From Mobula hypostoma (taxonomy: Eukaryota), in NCBI RefSeq assembly GCF_963921235.1, contig NC_086099.1:59086001-59150000 (forward strand): DNA of 64,000 bases, given 5' to 3'. This document shows, one piece after another, positions 53,033 through 64,000 of the stretch. Within the stretch, counting starts at the first letter, position 1; every line of letters begins with the position of its first letter. The notes below the pieces were generated by a model that was not told the origin of the DNA, did not search any database, and was given only the letters and a program-made list of their open reading frames with translations. The position numbers were made by a program, and so were the translations under genes.

Positions 53033-53142
53033 CCTATACTTAGAAAATTATCAATAAATACCTTATTTCCAATTGTCTTGGTTGCCAATTCCAGTTGCAT
53101 TTTGCCAGGACTACCCCATTTGAGAACTCATCACAAAATGAA

Positions 53143-53415
53143 GCACGGTAGTGTCGTGGTTAACACAATGCTTTACAATACAGGTTCAATTCCCGCACTG
53201 CCTGTAAGGAGTTTGTACATTCTCCCCATGACCACGTGGCTTTCCTCTGGGTGCTCTGGTTTCCTCCCACAGTCCAAAGGCATACTGGCCTGTAGGTTAA
53301 TTGGTCATTGTAAAATTGTCCCATAATTAGGCTTGGATTAAATCAGGGGGCTGCTAGGCTGTGCGACTTGAAGGGCTGGAGGGGCGTATTCCGTGCTGCA
53401 TTTCAATAAATAAAC
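53143..53415 (+). mobile_element. V-SINE-type tRNA-derived SINE
   Basis: A-box/B-box-like head (GGTTCAATTCCC) and V-domain TTTCCTCTGGGTGCTCTGGTTTCCTCCCACAGTCCAAAG; AATAAA tail. Antisense relatives at ~770-900 and ~25930-26190. Confidence 0.75.
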
Positions 53416-54349
53416 AATAAACAAACTTGGTTCAAACGTGAACCTAAGTGCTGAATTTCAGAAAGGAGGTGAGAGTGACAGGCCTTGACATCTGGGTAGA
53501 ATTTGACCACGTGGGGCATCACGAACCCTTGGTAAAGCTGAAGTGAATGTGTATCAGGGAAATTGCCCCTGTGATTGGAGTCATATCTTTCTCAGAGGAT
53601 GATGGTTGTTGGTGTTGGGGGTAGTTCTCAAGGGCAGAGACACAGGCACAGTCATTTTCAGCTTCTTCAAGAATAACTTGTAAATATTCAATTCATTATG
53701 TAATATCTCAGTAAAGTGAAGCAGCTCATCCATGTAGCAAGACCTCGATGAAATTTCCGCATAGGCTGATAAGTGGTAACTACAGAAAGTGCCTCAAATA
53801 TGCCTGGCTATGGCTATTTCCAAAAAGAATATCTCTAACCACTGGCTCTAGACATTCAATTGCATTTCCAATGCCTGGTTCACCACCATCAACATTCTGA
53901 GGTCACCACTGACCACAACTTCAACTATGTCAATGACATAATTACTGAACTACAAGAGAGGGTCAGATATTCATTTAATTGATTGGGAATAGGAAGAGAT
54001 TGATCAGGTTTACAAATTGTTGATCGGTCGTGAGATAATAGTTTTTAATCGGGGAATTGAGGTGACAATGTATCAGGGGAGTCAGTGGAAGTTGTAATCC
54101 ATGTTCAGTGCAGTAGTGGGTGAGGATGAAGAATGCAATGGCTAGTGACAGCTGCATTCAGGTAAGTCTTAACTTGTTAATTTTGGTATGTCTTTTCCCG
54201 TAATAGGTACACATAATTTTCCTGAGAGCATCATGCCAGTTCAATCCAAACTTGCAGATTTGTCAAGAACACGAACCTTCTTATTTGTATACTTTAGTCT
54301 TGTGTGTTTCTTGATTTGAGAACTAGGCCCTGTGTTTCCTAGACTAGAG

Positions 54350-54570
54350 GTTCTGTAGATGCTGGAAATCCAGAGTGACATGCGTGGACACTGGAGGAAC
54401 TCATCAGGTTAGGCACCGTCTATGGAAATGAATAAACAGTTGACATTTCGGGCTGAGACCCTTCTTCAGGAATGGAAAGGAAGGGCGAAGATGCCAGAAT
54501 AAAAAGGTTGGGGGGAGGGGAAGTGGGGCTAACTAGGTGACAGGTGGAGCCAGGTGGGTGAGAATGGTAA
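54350..54570 (-). mobile_element. Penelope 3' terminal fragment with hammerhead core at 54438-54473
   Basis: CTGAAGA-AGGGTCTCAGCCC-GAAA-T-GTC; stem I decayed. Confidence 0.7.
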
Positions 54571-55689
54571 AGTCCTACTTGGCTTATTGGAGGGTTAGGG
54601 AACTTATTAGCATTGAAAATGGGCATTGCATAGACCACAGAATCTGGATGGCTGCATATTGGTAGTTTATTTTTGCTATTCCAAGAAGTGTCCATTGGGT
54701 AAAGTCCAGTGAGGAAATTTATTTGTGGAGATTAGCTTTGCCTGTGATGGAACTTTTAAATAGATTTCCACATAAACAGTAGGAAACAAAATCAGTTGTG
54801 GTTAATTCAGGGTACATAATCCTGCTCTGCACATTTTTTCTACAGGCTACTTTGCACATGCAAAAAATAAAGCATTCATATCCTAAATGCAAATGCATGA
54901 ATATAAGAAATAAATCAACAACCATGAACCATACAAGAAAGGCAGTAGTATGTTTTTTTTATTAACCCTCTTTGCTTCTGATTCTGAATTAGTAAATAGC
55001 ATGAATTTAAACTGACATATTAAGTTGATCAAGACTGACAGCTTCAGTAGATTTTCAGAGTCTAGTAAACTCGGATGAAAGTAATGTGTTAGGTGGTGTG
55101 CATTAGTTTTCTTCTGGAGTGTTACATGCAAGCACTCTGCATTCATGAACTTGCCATTGCAGTCCAGTAACTGAGTCTAACTCATAGCTGCAGCAATAGC
55201 CATGCTTAACTGCAAGCTTGTTTTGCTACTGATTTCATATGCTGTGATGAGTCTCTTATTAGTGTAAAGAGGCCTGACACATGTCGTTAAGAATCTCCTT
55301 TACTGACTCAACGTAATAGTTAAAAAACACTTCTTCACTGCACCTCATACTCTTAAAACAAATGAAACAAACAATACTAAATCAATTGTCATCCTTGTTT
55401 AGGCAGACTTACTTCCTTTCAGTATTATTTTCTGCTCTATGCTTCCTGTCCATACCAAGTAATCCTCAGCTTTAAAACCTTACAGTCCAATATTTCGTTT
55501 TATATATACTCACTGAGCAATCCCAAAATTAAATAAGTTCTGTCCTAAAGTACATTATTTGTAGTAACCACGAGGAATTCTGCAGATGCTGGAAATTCAA
55601 GCAACACACAAAGTTGCTGACTGTACCTCTTCCTAGAGATGCTGCCTGGCCTGTTGCGTTCACCAGCAACTTTGTGTGTTATTTGTAGT

Positions 55690-55915
55690 AAAGCAGCAAA
55701 TATGGCGTTCCATCATTACACAGCAAGATCCCACAGCCAGTAATGAAATAATGACCAAATAATGTTGATTAATGAAAAGTTCTTAATTTCTTCTTTAAGG
55801 ATCTTTCCATAATCACCCAATAATGCAGTTTAATTTTTCTTCTAAAGGACAGCACTTAAAACACTGAAGTTATTCTAATTGTTAGATTATGTGCTCTAAT
55901 TCCTGGAGAAGGCTT
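55690..55915 (-). mobile_element. DeuSINE (SacSINE1-like) remnant
   Basis: CACAGCAAGATCCCACA...AATGACCA...GGATCTTT...GATTATGTGCTC matches the Deu-domain consensus as I recall it. Confidence 0.5.
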
Positions 55916-56516
55916 TGAAGATTTCTAACTAAAGAAAGAATGAAATCATTGCTCTGCAGTGTACACCACAAAAAGTACATCTTTCATCTTAAGTGGATTA
56001 AGAAAAAGAATGCAATCATACAGAATTGAAAACAGATATTGTAACAAGTAGATTCTGGTGGCTACAGAGTTGTCCAGTAACTTCAACAGTGCACAGTGAT
56101 TGCCAAGATGCTGCCACAGCAGCTTACAGAAAAGGAAGTCTAGAAAAGATGAGTAACCCTTTCAGTAAGGAAACAATAGAGACCCGCCAGCTCAAGAAAG
56201 TCATAAGTTAACTAACAGGAAGAGGAATACAATTAAAATAAAAAGCTGGAATTTCAGAGATTTAATCAAGTTGGTCTACACAACTGCAACTACTATAACT
56301 AAAAAGGAGGTGATTAATTAGGAACAGCATCATATTTTTGACACTACTGTTCGTTTCCACTTTGTAAAAATTTCTATTAATTTGATAAAGTACTCATGCA
56401 AATACTCTTAACTGAATTAAATTCAAAGTTATTTCCTTAGAGTTTGTCTAAAATACATTTACAACATTTAGAAATTGTAAAAACGATACTCTACTGTGCA
56501 TAAACACTAAAATTAC

Positions 56517-56643
56517 CTGAACTGCAAAGGTAATACCTTTCATCTTCCTGTTCACCTGTTACGACTTCAATCACGGCAAACAGGCGGTCTCCATTTGGAT
56601 GAAATACCTCTTTCTTTAACTCTTTCCTGAGTAATGCTGCCAT
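56517..56643 (-). CDS. EXOC1L: Exocyst complex component 1-like, coding exon 1 (127 nt)
   Basis: MAALLRKELKKEVFHPNGDRLFAVIEVVTGEQEDERYYLCSS+G|gtaatt. Homologous to the EXOC1 first coding exon with the same phase-1 intron; the RYYLC motif is as I recall for EXOC1L. Confidence 0.9.
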
Positions 56644-57649
56644 TGCCTTAAGCAGGCTTTCAGAAGTACAACGTTAATCAAACATATTTACTCACACTAT
56701 GTGAATACCAATTAGAGGATATCATGTATACAATCTGCATAATGGTAACCAAGTGACGTTTCTATGGATTTAAACACCATGACACACAAAACGTTATTGG
56801 ATTGCAGTTTTAGTCAATATTCTTGCTGGATTGTTCCCTTGAGAAATGTCCAGTAAGTCATTTACAATCCATATGAATTCCATTATAGTTTTCAAAACCA
56901 AGTTGAGATATTGATTTAATGGTGTTTTCCATTAAGAAACTCACTGTATAACATAAAAATAAAATGTACTTCAAAATTAATGTTATCGTTTAAAAGATGT
57001 GCCTTTGTTATTTGATTTGCAGTAACTATAATAAGACATTTAAAGTTTTCTCACCTATTCCTTTTTCAAAAAAGTAGCTTTAGTATTGAACACAAACTTA
57101 TAATTTCCCTGTTGTATTAACTATGTTTCTGACTTTTCAGTCAGTGGACCATGGTGACATTCTTTTCAATATTTAGCTTCTTACAGCTATTAAACACATC
57201 CACATTTTCATTTATGTCTCACCCACTGTGTACATATGCAGCCAATCTACCTTCTATTTCTCCGATGTTTAAAAAAGTGCACATTTTCTCCAACAGTTGC
57301 TGGTTTAGATGAATGAAATTTATGCCCAAATCTGACAATTTTCCAATTAATAGCTTGGGAATGTACATAGCAGGATGAGAACTATTTCTCTCTTCCAGTT
57401 TTTTCTCATGCTTTGCTAAACCAAATGATATGCAGAAGGAATCATTTTCTTTCAGTGACTGTATACTTCAATCAAGTGAAACATTCCAATTGTTAATAAA
57501 ATTTGCAGACTATTTCATCATCAGAACAAAGATAATTCTTATCTTCATCTGCCATCAGCATACAAACAAAGACAAGGTTTCTCTTTGTGCACCAACTGCT
57601 TGCAGAAGGAGTGGGAATACTGGCTAATTCTTTTCCCTCTTGTCACCCC

Positions 57650-58500
57650 ACAATTACTGGAACCAATTAGAGGAATGGCATGACAAGTTGACATCCGATT
57701 GTTAACCATCCTCTATAAAGGCATGGCAAAAATTTCCTTTGTTATATTTTAGCAAAAATAAGGAAATGGAGAATTGGCAAAAATATCAACAGATATTGTG
57801 TTTGCATTTTCGTAAGAAGAAAGGGGAGTGGCAAATAGAATAATTGTTATTGTTTTCATCGGGTGCAGTAACAAATGGACGTCAATGTAAGTTTACACGG
57901 TGAAACATAGGTGAGGTAGGCACTTGCAGTTCTGAGAATTATTAATAGAGACAAAAAGTATAAAAGCAGATAAGTCATGTTGAACCTTCATAAAAGACCA
58001 GCCCAGTATCATCTGGAGGATTATATCTAATTTTGGTTAGCAATTTATATGTAAAGTCTTGTGAAGGCACTAGTAAGAATTCCAAGAAAATATGCTAGAA
58101 TGGTTCCCGGGATTATTTTTAAGTCACATGTCTTATTTATCCTTACATTTGCAAGGGCAGTGTCTGAAAAACAAGCTGCTGAGGGAATACTTCTTTGGAA
58201 TTAAGAAGTCTGCGAGGAGACTTGCTACAATGACAAGGTGAGTGGAAGGCTGTTTCTATTGGTGTAGGGGTGAGGATAAAATACAAACGAAAAGAGAATT
58301 ACGGAGCACGCGTGGAAAAGCAATCTGTGTTTCAAATAGGGAGCACACAAAATGAGAATTGGATACATATATTATGGAGAAATGTTTGGAAGGCTACGGA
58401 AAAAAGGGTTGAGGTGAATTAGAGTTGCTCCGGTAGAAAGCCAATGCACAAGTGAAGGGCCAAATGACTTTCTTCTGTACTAAAACATTCTATGATTACA
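57650..58500 (+). mobile_element. Highly decayed CR1 3' fragment
   Basis: Residual W-Q/ YKSR.VML / RGDL segments and GAAGGGCCAAATGACTT 3' end. Confidence 0.55.
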
Positions 58501-58819
58501 TGATTACATGTGTCTATTCAACATGGTAGAAATCCAGAAAGAAATGAAACAGTATCAAATTAGTTCCCAAGAACAGCTTACATTTTGCGAGGTTTAAGAA
58601 AATGGAGAGCGCGCTTTAAAATTTTGTTTGCAGTTTATAATTGGATGACATTCTTATATCAGTAAAAAAAGCAATGCATAGAGAGAGGATTATATATTTC
58701 ATTAGATGTGAAGCGCCATAAGACATTTTGAGATAGTTAAATGCACTATATAAATTAAAAATTACGTTTGGGTCATACATGTAATAACTTTTCAGAACTT
58801 ATAAATTGTCTTAATTTCT

Positions 58820-59740
58820 AATTTAACTTCTGCGGTCAAAGATTTGAAGCGCTAGTCGCAGTTAATTGGAGTACTGTACCTGGCTGGTTGACATTTGGCC
58901 AGATGCTCGTGTCCCCGTGTTTGAGCCCCTCCAGAAACAGGCGCACCTCAACGTCACATCGCTGGTCAGGTTGACATTGTTCCAAAAGGTAAGCGCAGGA
59001 ATACACGAGAGCTTTTGAGGGCCCAGCCTAGACTGAATTTCCTTGAAAGTTTCACATTATCACGCCGTCGTGCCAAATGCGCATAAAAATGCGGAAGGGA
59101 TCGCAGATAGTAAAATCTACACCTTGCGAATCGATTCTAGAAAAGCTAGTGTATCAACTGTGAGCCATGTATATGGACCACACCGGGGTCAGAACCTAAC
59201 AACTATGGAATTTCATTTGTAAAAGCATATTTTAATAATTAAAATCTGTCTCTGTAATAGTTAATTCACCGTGTTCTATTGGTTGCAGCGAGGTGAACGG
59301 AACTTCCGAAGACTAGCCGGGATTGTCAAAACTATCTGCGGGATGAACCTAGCGTTAAAGAGGTAAGTCAAGAAAATGACTGATTTGACCGTTCTAACCA
59401 AAGCCTGTTCTCCTGCCCGGCTCCCAGTAGCTGTGCAACCACTGCTGAAAGCTGAAGATTCGTCGCGCTCTCGATGGCGCTTATCATGAGCGTAAACAGC
59501 CGAAAGTAATTCTTGTGAAGAATCTGTTCAGTAGTGGATAAAAAGAGGATGGATAACATACCGAATGAAATCTGCACTAGCAGAGCACGCAGTCACTGTG
59601 ACTGGAGTACAAAGGTTGCGATGCGAATGAACGGAAATAATGTTGTCCTGGAAGAAAGCTAACAACGCGGACTCATGTAGTCCTTGTCAATAAGCCGCCC
59701 AAATCTGTAAACCTGAATTGCGACGGCATTGGCTCAGTGG
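58820..59740. promoter_or_regulatory. CpG-enriched candidate bidirectional promoter
   Basis: Marked CpG enrichment over the AT-rich flanks; ATTGG (CCAAT) at ~59278 and ACTTCCG (ETS-like) at ~59302. Plus-strand donors at 58988|58989 and 59362|59363; possible minus-strand donor CAG|GTACAG at 58880. Confidence 0.55.
59343..59362 (+). CDS. Candidate first coding exon of an unidentified divergent gene (MNLALK+AG)
   Basis: gcgggATG context inside the CpG region, followed by a consensus donor GAG|GTAAGT (phase 2). Confidence 0.45.
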
Positions 59741-60085
59741 GAGTCTATCGCCTCTGAGATGGAACACAAGGTCCACAGACTAGAGCGTGTAAATTGAGTA
59801 AACTCTGATGAGAAAAGATTGCATTGTCAAACATGATATAAAAGCCACTCGCCTCTCAGATATAGGCATGGTGTTATTACAAAAGAGAGAGAGTTATGCC
59901 AATGCCACTATTTCACCCTGAACTAAGATACTAAAATAAAAGTCATCACCATTGACTTCGTATCAAAGAAGTATGCAGACTAGATGATGTGGTTTCTACA
60001 TTTTGTGACTACTAAGACTTCTGCTTTTGAAGACCTTTAGGCTGTCCTGGGATAGGGCAACATCCTGTGTAAATACAAGTCCTTT
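59725..60085 (+). mobile_element. DeuSINE (SacSINE1-like) remnant
   Basis: tRNA-like head TGGCTCAGTGG...CGCCTCTGAG and tail AAATACAAGTCCTT. Confidence 0.5.
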
Positions 60086-61404
60086 ATACCTGTAGGTGCA
60101 AACACCTTGACCATAATCTCTGTTCCTCCTGCAACCTCTGGAAGAGGTGTGTTTGCATAAACTAGTTCACAACACCAGGACACCCAATTGCATTTTACAG
60201 CCAATGAAATGCTTAAACTTCCCTGGGAATTGAAAGGGTAGGTGCTCTGTGGCCATTTCTACTAGCCGACTAGCCATGAGGCACTGACTATATTATGCAC
60301 AAATATTTTGTGTGAGGGCCTGTGTGTGCATTTACAGTCCCCCAACATCAATGGAACAGTCATGCAGTTCAGAAAGAAGTTGAATGATCTGGCAAGCTTA
60401 GACCTGTGTTTCCTCTCTGATGTGCATGTCTATTTCCCGTAAGTATCTCTATTCTACCCACTTCAGCTACTGTGTAGCAGCTCTTTCTCTTCCCTAGACC
60501 TTGGTCGCTGCCTACTGCGTATGTTTGAAAGAGACAGGCCTCTATGAAGCCTGACGTGGAAGTTTTTACTTCCCTTAATGTTTACATCATTTCCCACAGC
60601 ATGAGAATAGAGAATAAACAGTTTTCCACTGGGAATCCAGAGTGGGGTCAACAATCTATTTTTCGAGATACTCTGTGGAATAGGCCCTTGGGCTGTACCA
60701 CTCAGCAATCCCCGATTTAACTCTAGCTTAACCACAGGACAAATTACAATGCCCAATTAAACTTACTAAACATGGATTTCAGAATTATCTTAGCATTATA
60801 TAAAGAAATTCCAGCTGCACAGCAACAAAGTCTGTGTGTGGGAGCATTTCAGTTACAGCACAGGGGGAACAGCGAGTTGGATAATAGACTATCAGACCTC
60901 TACTGTAAGATGTTTTGACCAATCTCTACCAATTTTTTTGCAAAAGTTTTTGTACAGCAAAACAATATTTTCCGTGGAATTTCAAGGTGAAGAATGCACA
61001 ACTTTAGGAGCAGCTTGAGAGTGCAAATGCAATTCTTGTCACTGAATAATTTGACATTATAGAAAAGGCAATCTCTGATCATGCCAAATAAAATGCATCC
61101 TTCTATCTAAGAAATGCAATTTTTTTTATGATCAATAATCTGCAGCTATATTGTACCAATTTGTCCAAATAGCTAATGTATGCCAGCGTCTTTAATATTA
61201 TAAGCCTTGCAGATACATCCTGACCACACTCCTAAATATTTTCATAAGCATAGCTGACTGGAGAGTTTGTAAATGATATAGCTGCTGAGCATGATAAATA
61301 TAAATGTTATTTTTAACTCCTCAGCGACTTGAGGTACAGGGATAGTCCAATTTTTATTTTAGTTTTGAACCCCTACTATGCAACAATTGTCACAATGAAA
61401 GAAT

Positions 61405-62504
61405 TGTCACAATGGGGGGCATTGGGAATGGACCCAAGTGCAAGACACAAACACTGAAATTCAAGAAACAGGGCTTGACTAGAGTGGGGACGTGACAGGT
61501 TACAGATAGGGAGCAGGGACAAGAACGCATACTTGGGCTAGGACATGGACAAGACAGGGAACCCGGACAAGGAACTAAGAACTAGAAGCCTGGGCTCCGA
61601 GCCAGAGACTGGACAAGGACCCAGAGCCTGGGTCTTGCCTCGGGCTGGGGCTCCAGAACCAGGCAAGCACATGACATGACTACAGGACAGGATGTGGCTG
61701 GGGTCTAGAGGTTGGGGTCTTGAGGCTTGAGCCTGGGGTATGGACTCCAAGCCAGAGACTGGGTAAGGACCCAGAACCTGGGACTTGACTCAGGCTCAGA
61801 CTCCAGAACTAGCCGAGGACAAGACAAGACTACAGGACTGGACATGGCTTGGGTGAGGAACTGAGTAGGGCGAGACACAAGGACAGGTAAAGGCACATGG
61901 ACAGGACTGGACTAGGCATGGACTGGATTAGGGCCGTCAGGAGCATGGACCCTTGGACTAGAAGAGACAGGAGCATGGAACACAGAGCCAGGACCCCTCC
62001 TTGGGAACAGGACATAGGGCCAGGACTCATACACAGAACACTGAACATGGAGACAGATCCCAACACAAGGTGGCAGCAAACAGCCAGACCCACCTAGCAC
62101 AGGTGAGGACACAGAGACAGATCCCAACACTAGTTGGCAGCAAACAGCCAGACCCACCTAGGGAAGGCATGGACACAGAGAGACAATTAAACACAACAAA
62201 AGACAGTTCCTTATCTTGACCTAACCAGGCTCCAGTCTTGCCCCAGCAGTAAAACTTCAACAATACAGGCAGGGTATCCAGGCTAGGTGAGCAGGTAGAG
62301 AGTCAAGCAAGAGAAGAAAGACAAGGAGGGGAACAGAATAATCTAGCAGGGAATCCCTGGTTTGCAGAGGTATTTACGTCTCAGCCCCAAAACGAGAAAC
62401 ATGTGCCTACAACAGAAACTGGGGGAAAACCAGAAACCCCGGAACAAGGAGCTATGGACTGGACTGTGAACCGGAACACGGACTTCATGGACCGGACCAT
62501 GACG
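61405..62504. mobile_element. Probable solo LTR with internal tandem repeats
   Basis: Starts TGTCAC and ends ...CCATGACG; purine-biased GGAC-rich repeats and a ~56-bp duplication at 62050-62160; no coding motifs. Confidence 0.5.
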
Positions 62505-62609
62505 ACAATGAACATAAAACCACAAGACCATAAGATAAAGGAGCAGAATTTTACCATAGGAAACTGAACTGGTCTAGCCATATAAACACCATGGCATCCA
62601 GAGCAGGTC

Positions 62610-63128
62610 AAATGCTAGGAATCCTGGGGGGTGTAACTCACCTCGTGACTCCCATTTACAAGCTTCAGGTCAGGAGTGTAATGGAATATTCACCATCCAG
62701 TACAAGAGAGCCTACTTGATCGGTACCCCTTCCAAAAGCATCCAATCCCTCCACCATCAATGAACAGTGTGTACTACCTACAAGATAGTACTGCAACTGC
62801 AACAACACACCAAGGTTCCTAAGGCAGCACCTTCCAGACCCACGACCACTACCATCTGGAAGAGCAGATACTTGGGAACACCACCACTTGGAAATCCCTC
62901 TCCAAGTCACTCACCATCCTGACTTGGAAACATATCGCCATTCCTTCATTGTCGCTGGGTCAAAATCATGGAATTCCCTCTGTAACGGAATTGTGGGTGT
63001 GCCTACACGTCAGGGACTACAGCGGTTCAAGAAGGCAGTTCATCACCACCTTCTCAAGGGCAACTAGGGATGGGCAATAAATGCTGGCTTAGCTGGTGAT
63101 GCCCACATCTCGTAAATGAATAAATAAA
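62610..63128 (+). mobile_element. LINE 3' end (CR1/L2 group)
   Basis: VRSVMEYS remnant; 3' UTR ...CTAGGGATGGGCAATAAATGCTGGC... with A-rich tail. A related older fragment lies at ~53460-53950. Confidence 0.6.
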
Positions 63129-63129
63129 A

Positions 63130-63537
63130 ATTCTCCTCTCAGCCCCATTCTCCTCCCTTCTCCCCATATCCCTTCATGCCCTGACCAATCAAGAATCTAT
63201 CAACCTCTGCCTTAAGTATACATATAGACTTGGCCTCCGTAGCTGCGTGTGGCAAAGAATTCCACAGATTCACCACTCTCTGGCCGAAGAAGTTCCTTCT
63301 CTTCTCCATTCTAAAAGGCCGCCCCTCTATTCTGAGTCTATTGGTCTTAGACTCTCCCACCATAGGAAACATTCTCTCCACGTCCACTCTGTTGAGGCCT
63401 TTCATTATTCGACAGGATTCAATGAGATTACCCCTCATTCTTCTGAATTCAGGCCTAGAGGCATCTTCATATGACAAGCCATTCAATCTTGGAATCATTT
63501 TCGTGAACCTCCTTTGAACCCTCTCCAGTTTCAGCAT
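63130..63537 (-). mobile_element. CR1 3' fragment
   Basis: ORF 63139-63537 LERVQRRFTKMIP...RRNFFGQRVVNLWNSLP. Confidence 0.85.
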
Positions 63538-63688
63538 TGACGTAAGGATAGCAAAACTATTCGGACGTTAGAAATGCACATTATTGCTAGTGTTATCCTT
63601 AATCTTTTGTGCTTAGGACTTCAGACTATGAAAATTTAGAAACAGTACATCTTTGTTCATTCTACTGAACTATTGGTTTGTTTTGCAG

Positions 63689-63807
63689 GTATATACATAA
63701 AGACAAAGTGATACGATGGGTAGCTCATCATCTGACAAGAAAATCAGGCATTGACAAGGAATTGCTTTTCAACATCCACAACTTTACAAAAAGCAAAAGT
63801 GTTAGTG
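63689..63807 (+). CDS. Candidate second exon of the unidentified divergent gene (119 nt)
   Basis: ttggtttgttttgcag acceptor. Joined to 59362 it reads open: RYIHKDKVIRWVAHHLTRKSGIDKELLFNIHNFTKSKSVS; G|gtaacc donor; non-repetitive sequence. Confidence 0.45.
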
Positions 63808-64000
63808 GTAACCTATACAATGTTTGTTATTTATAGATGACCTTTGCAATGGGCTCCTTTTCAGCTTCCACCACCATTCCCCAAAAATGTTCGTTCATCT
63901 CTGTTGCCTGTGTTTTAACTTGAAACTAATTTGCCTCTTGCCCTGGTGCTTGCTGATCTACATTAGCAGTAAATGGAAAACAAGACTTCCACCCTTGTTT

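Noticed and set aside
61538-62611. Cluster of short overlapping ORFs
   Set aside because: Products of low-complexity LTR-like repeats with no recognisable domain or splice structure.

Overview
Eukaryotic, intron- and repeat-rich vertebrate DNA. The repeat set (CR1, Rex1/Babar, Penelope, V-SINE, DeuSINE, Hero) points to a cartilaginous fish, probably a ray or shark (inference). Two host genes lie in tandem on the minus strand. (1) The 5' part of EXOC1/Sec3: candidate non-coding exon 1 near 34.3 kb, coding exons at 18506-18629, 9949-10079 and 3127-3286, and a 21-nt in-frame microexon at 2410-2430; the gene continues off the left edge. (2) A complete 3-coding-exon, 171-aa EXOC1L at 49751-56643. 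A CpG-rich segment at ~58.8-59.7 kb appears to start an unidentified divergent plus-strand transcript (59343-59362 spliced to 63689-63807 stays in frame). Most other ORFs in the track are retroelement remnants or noise. Best observations: the EXOC1 microexon with an SRRM4-type UGC/pyrimidine context; minimal type I hammerhead ribozyme motifs in Penelope-derived repeats, one in sense orientation just upstream of EXOC1 exon 4; charge reversal and a Cys-rich hydrophobic tail in EXOC1L; a near full-length Hero-like element; several nested or palindromic transposons. I see no clear wholly new system. Gene and repeat assignments come from recognition, not database searches, and repeat boundaries are approximate unless a TSD or TIR is given.
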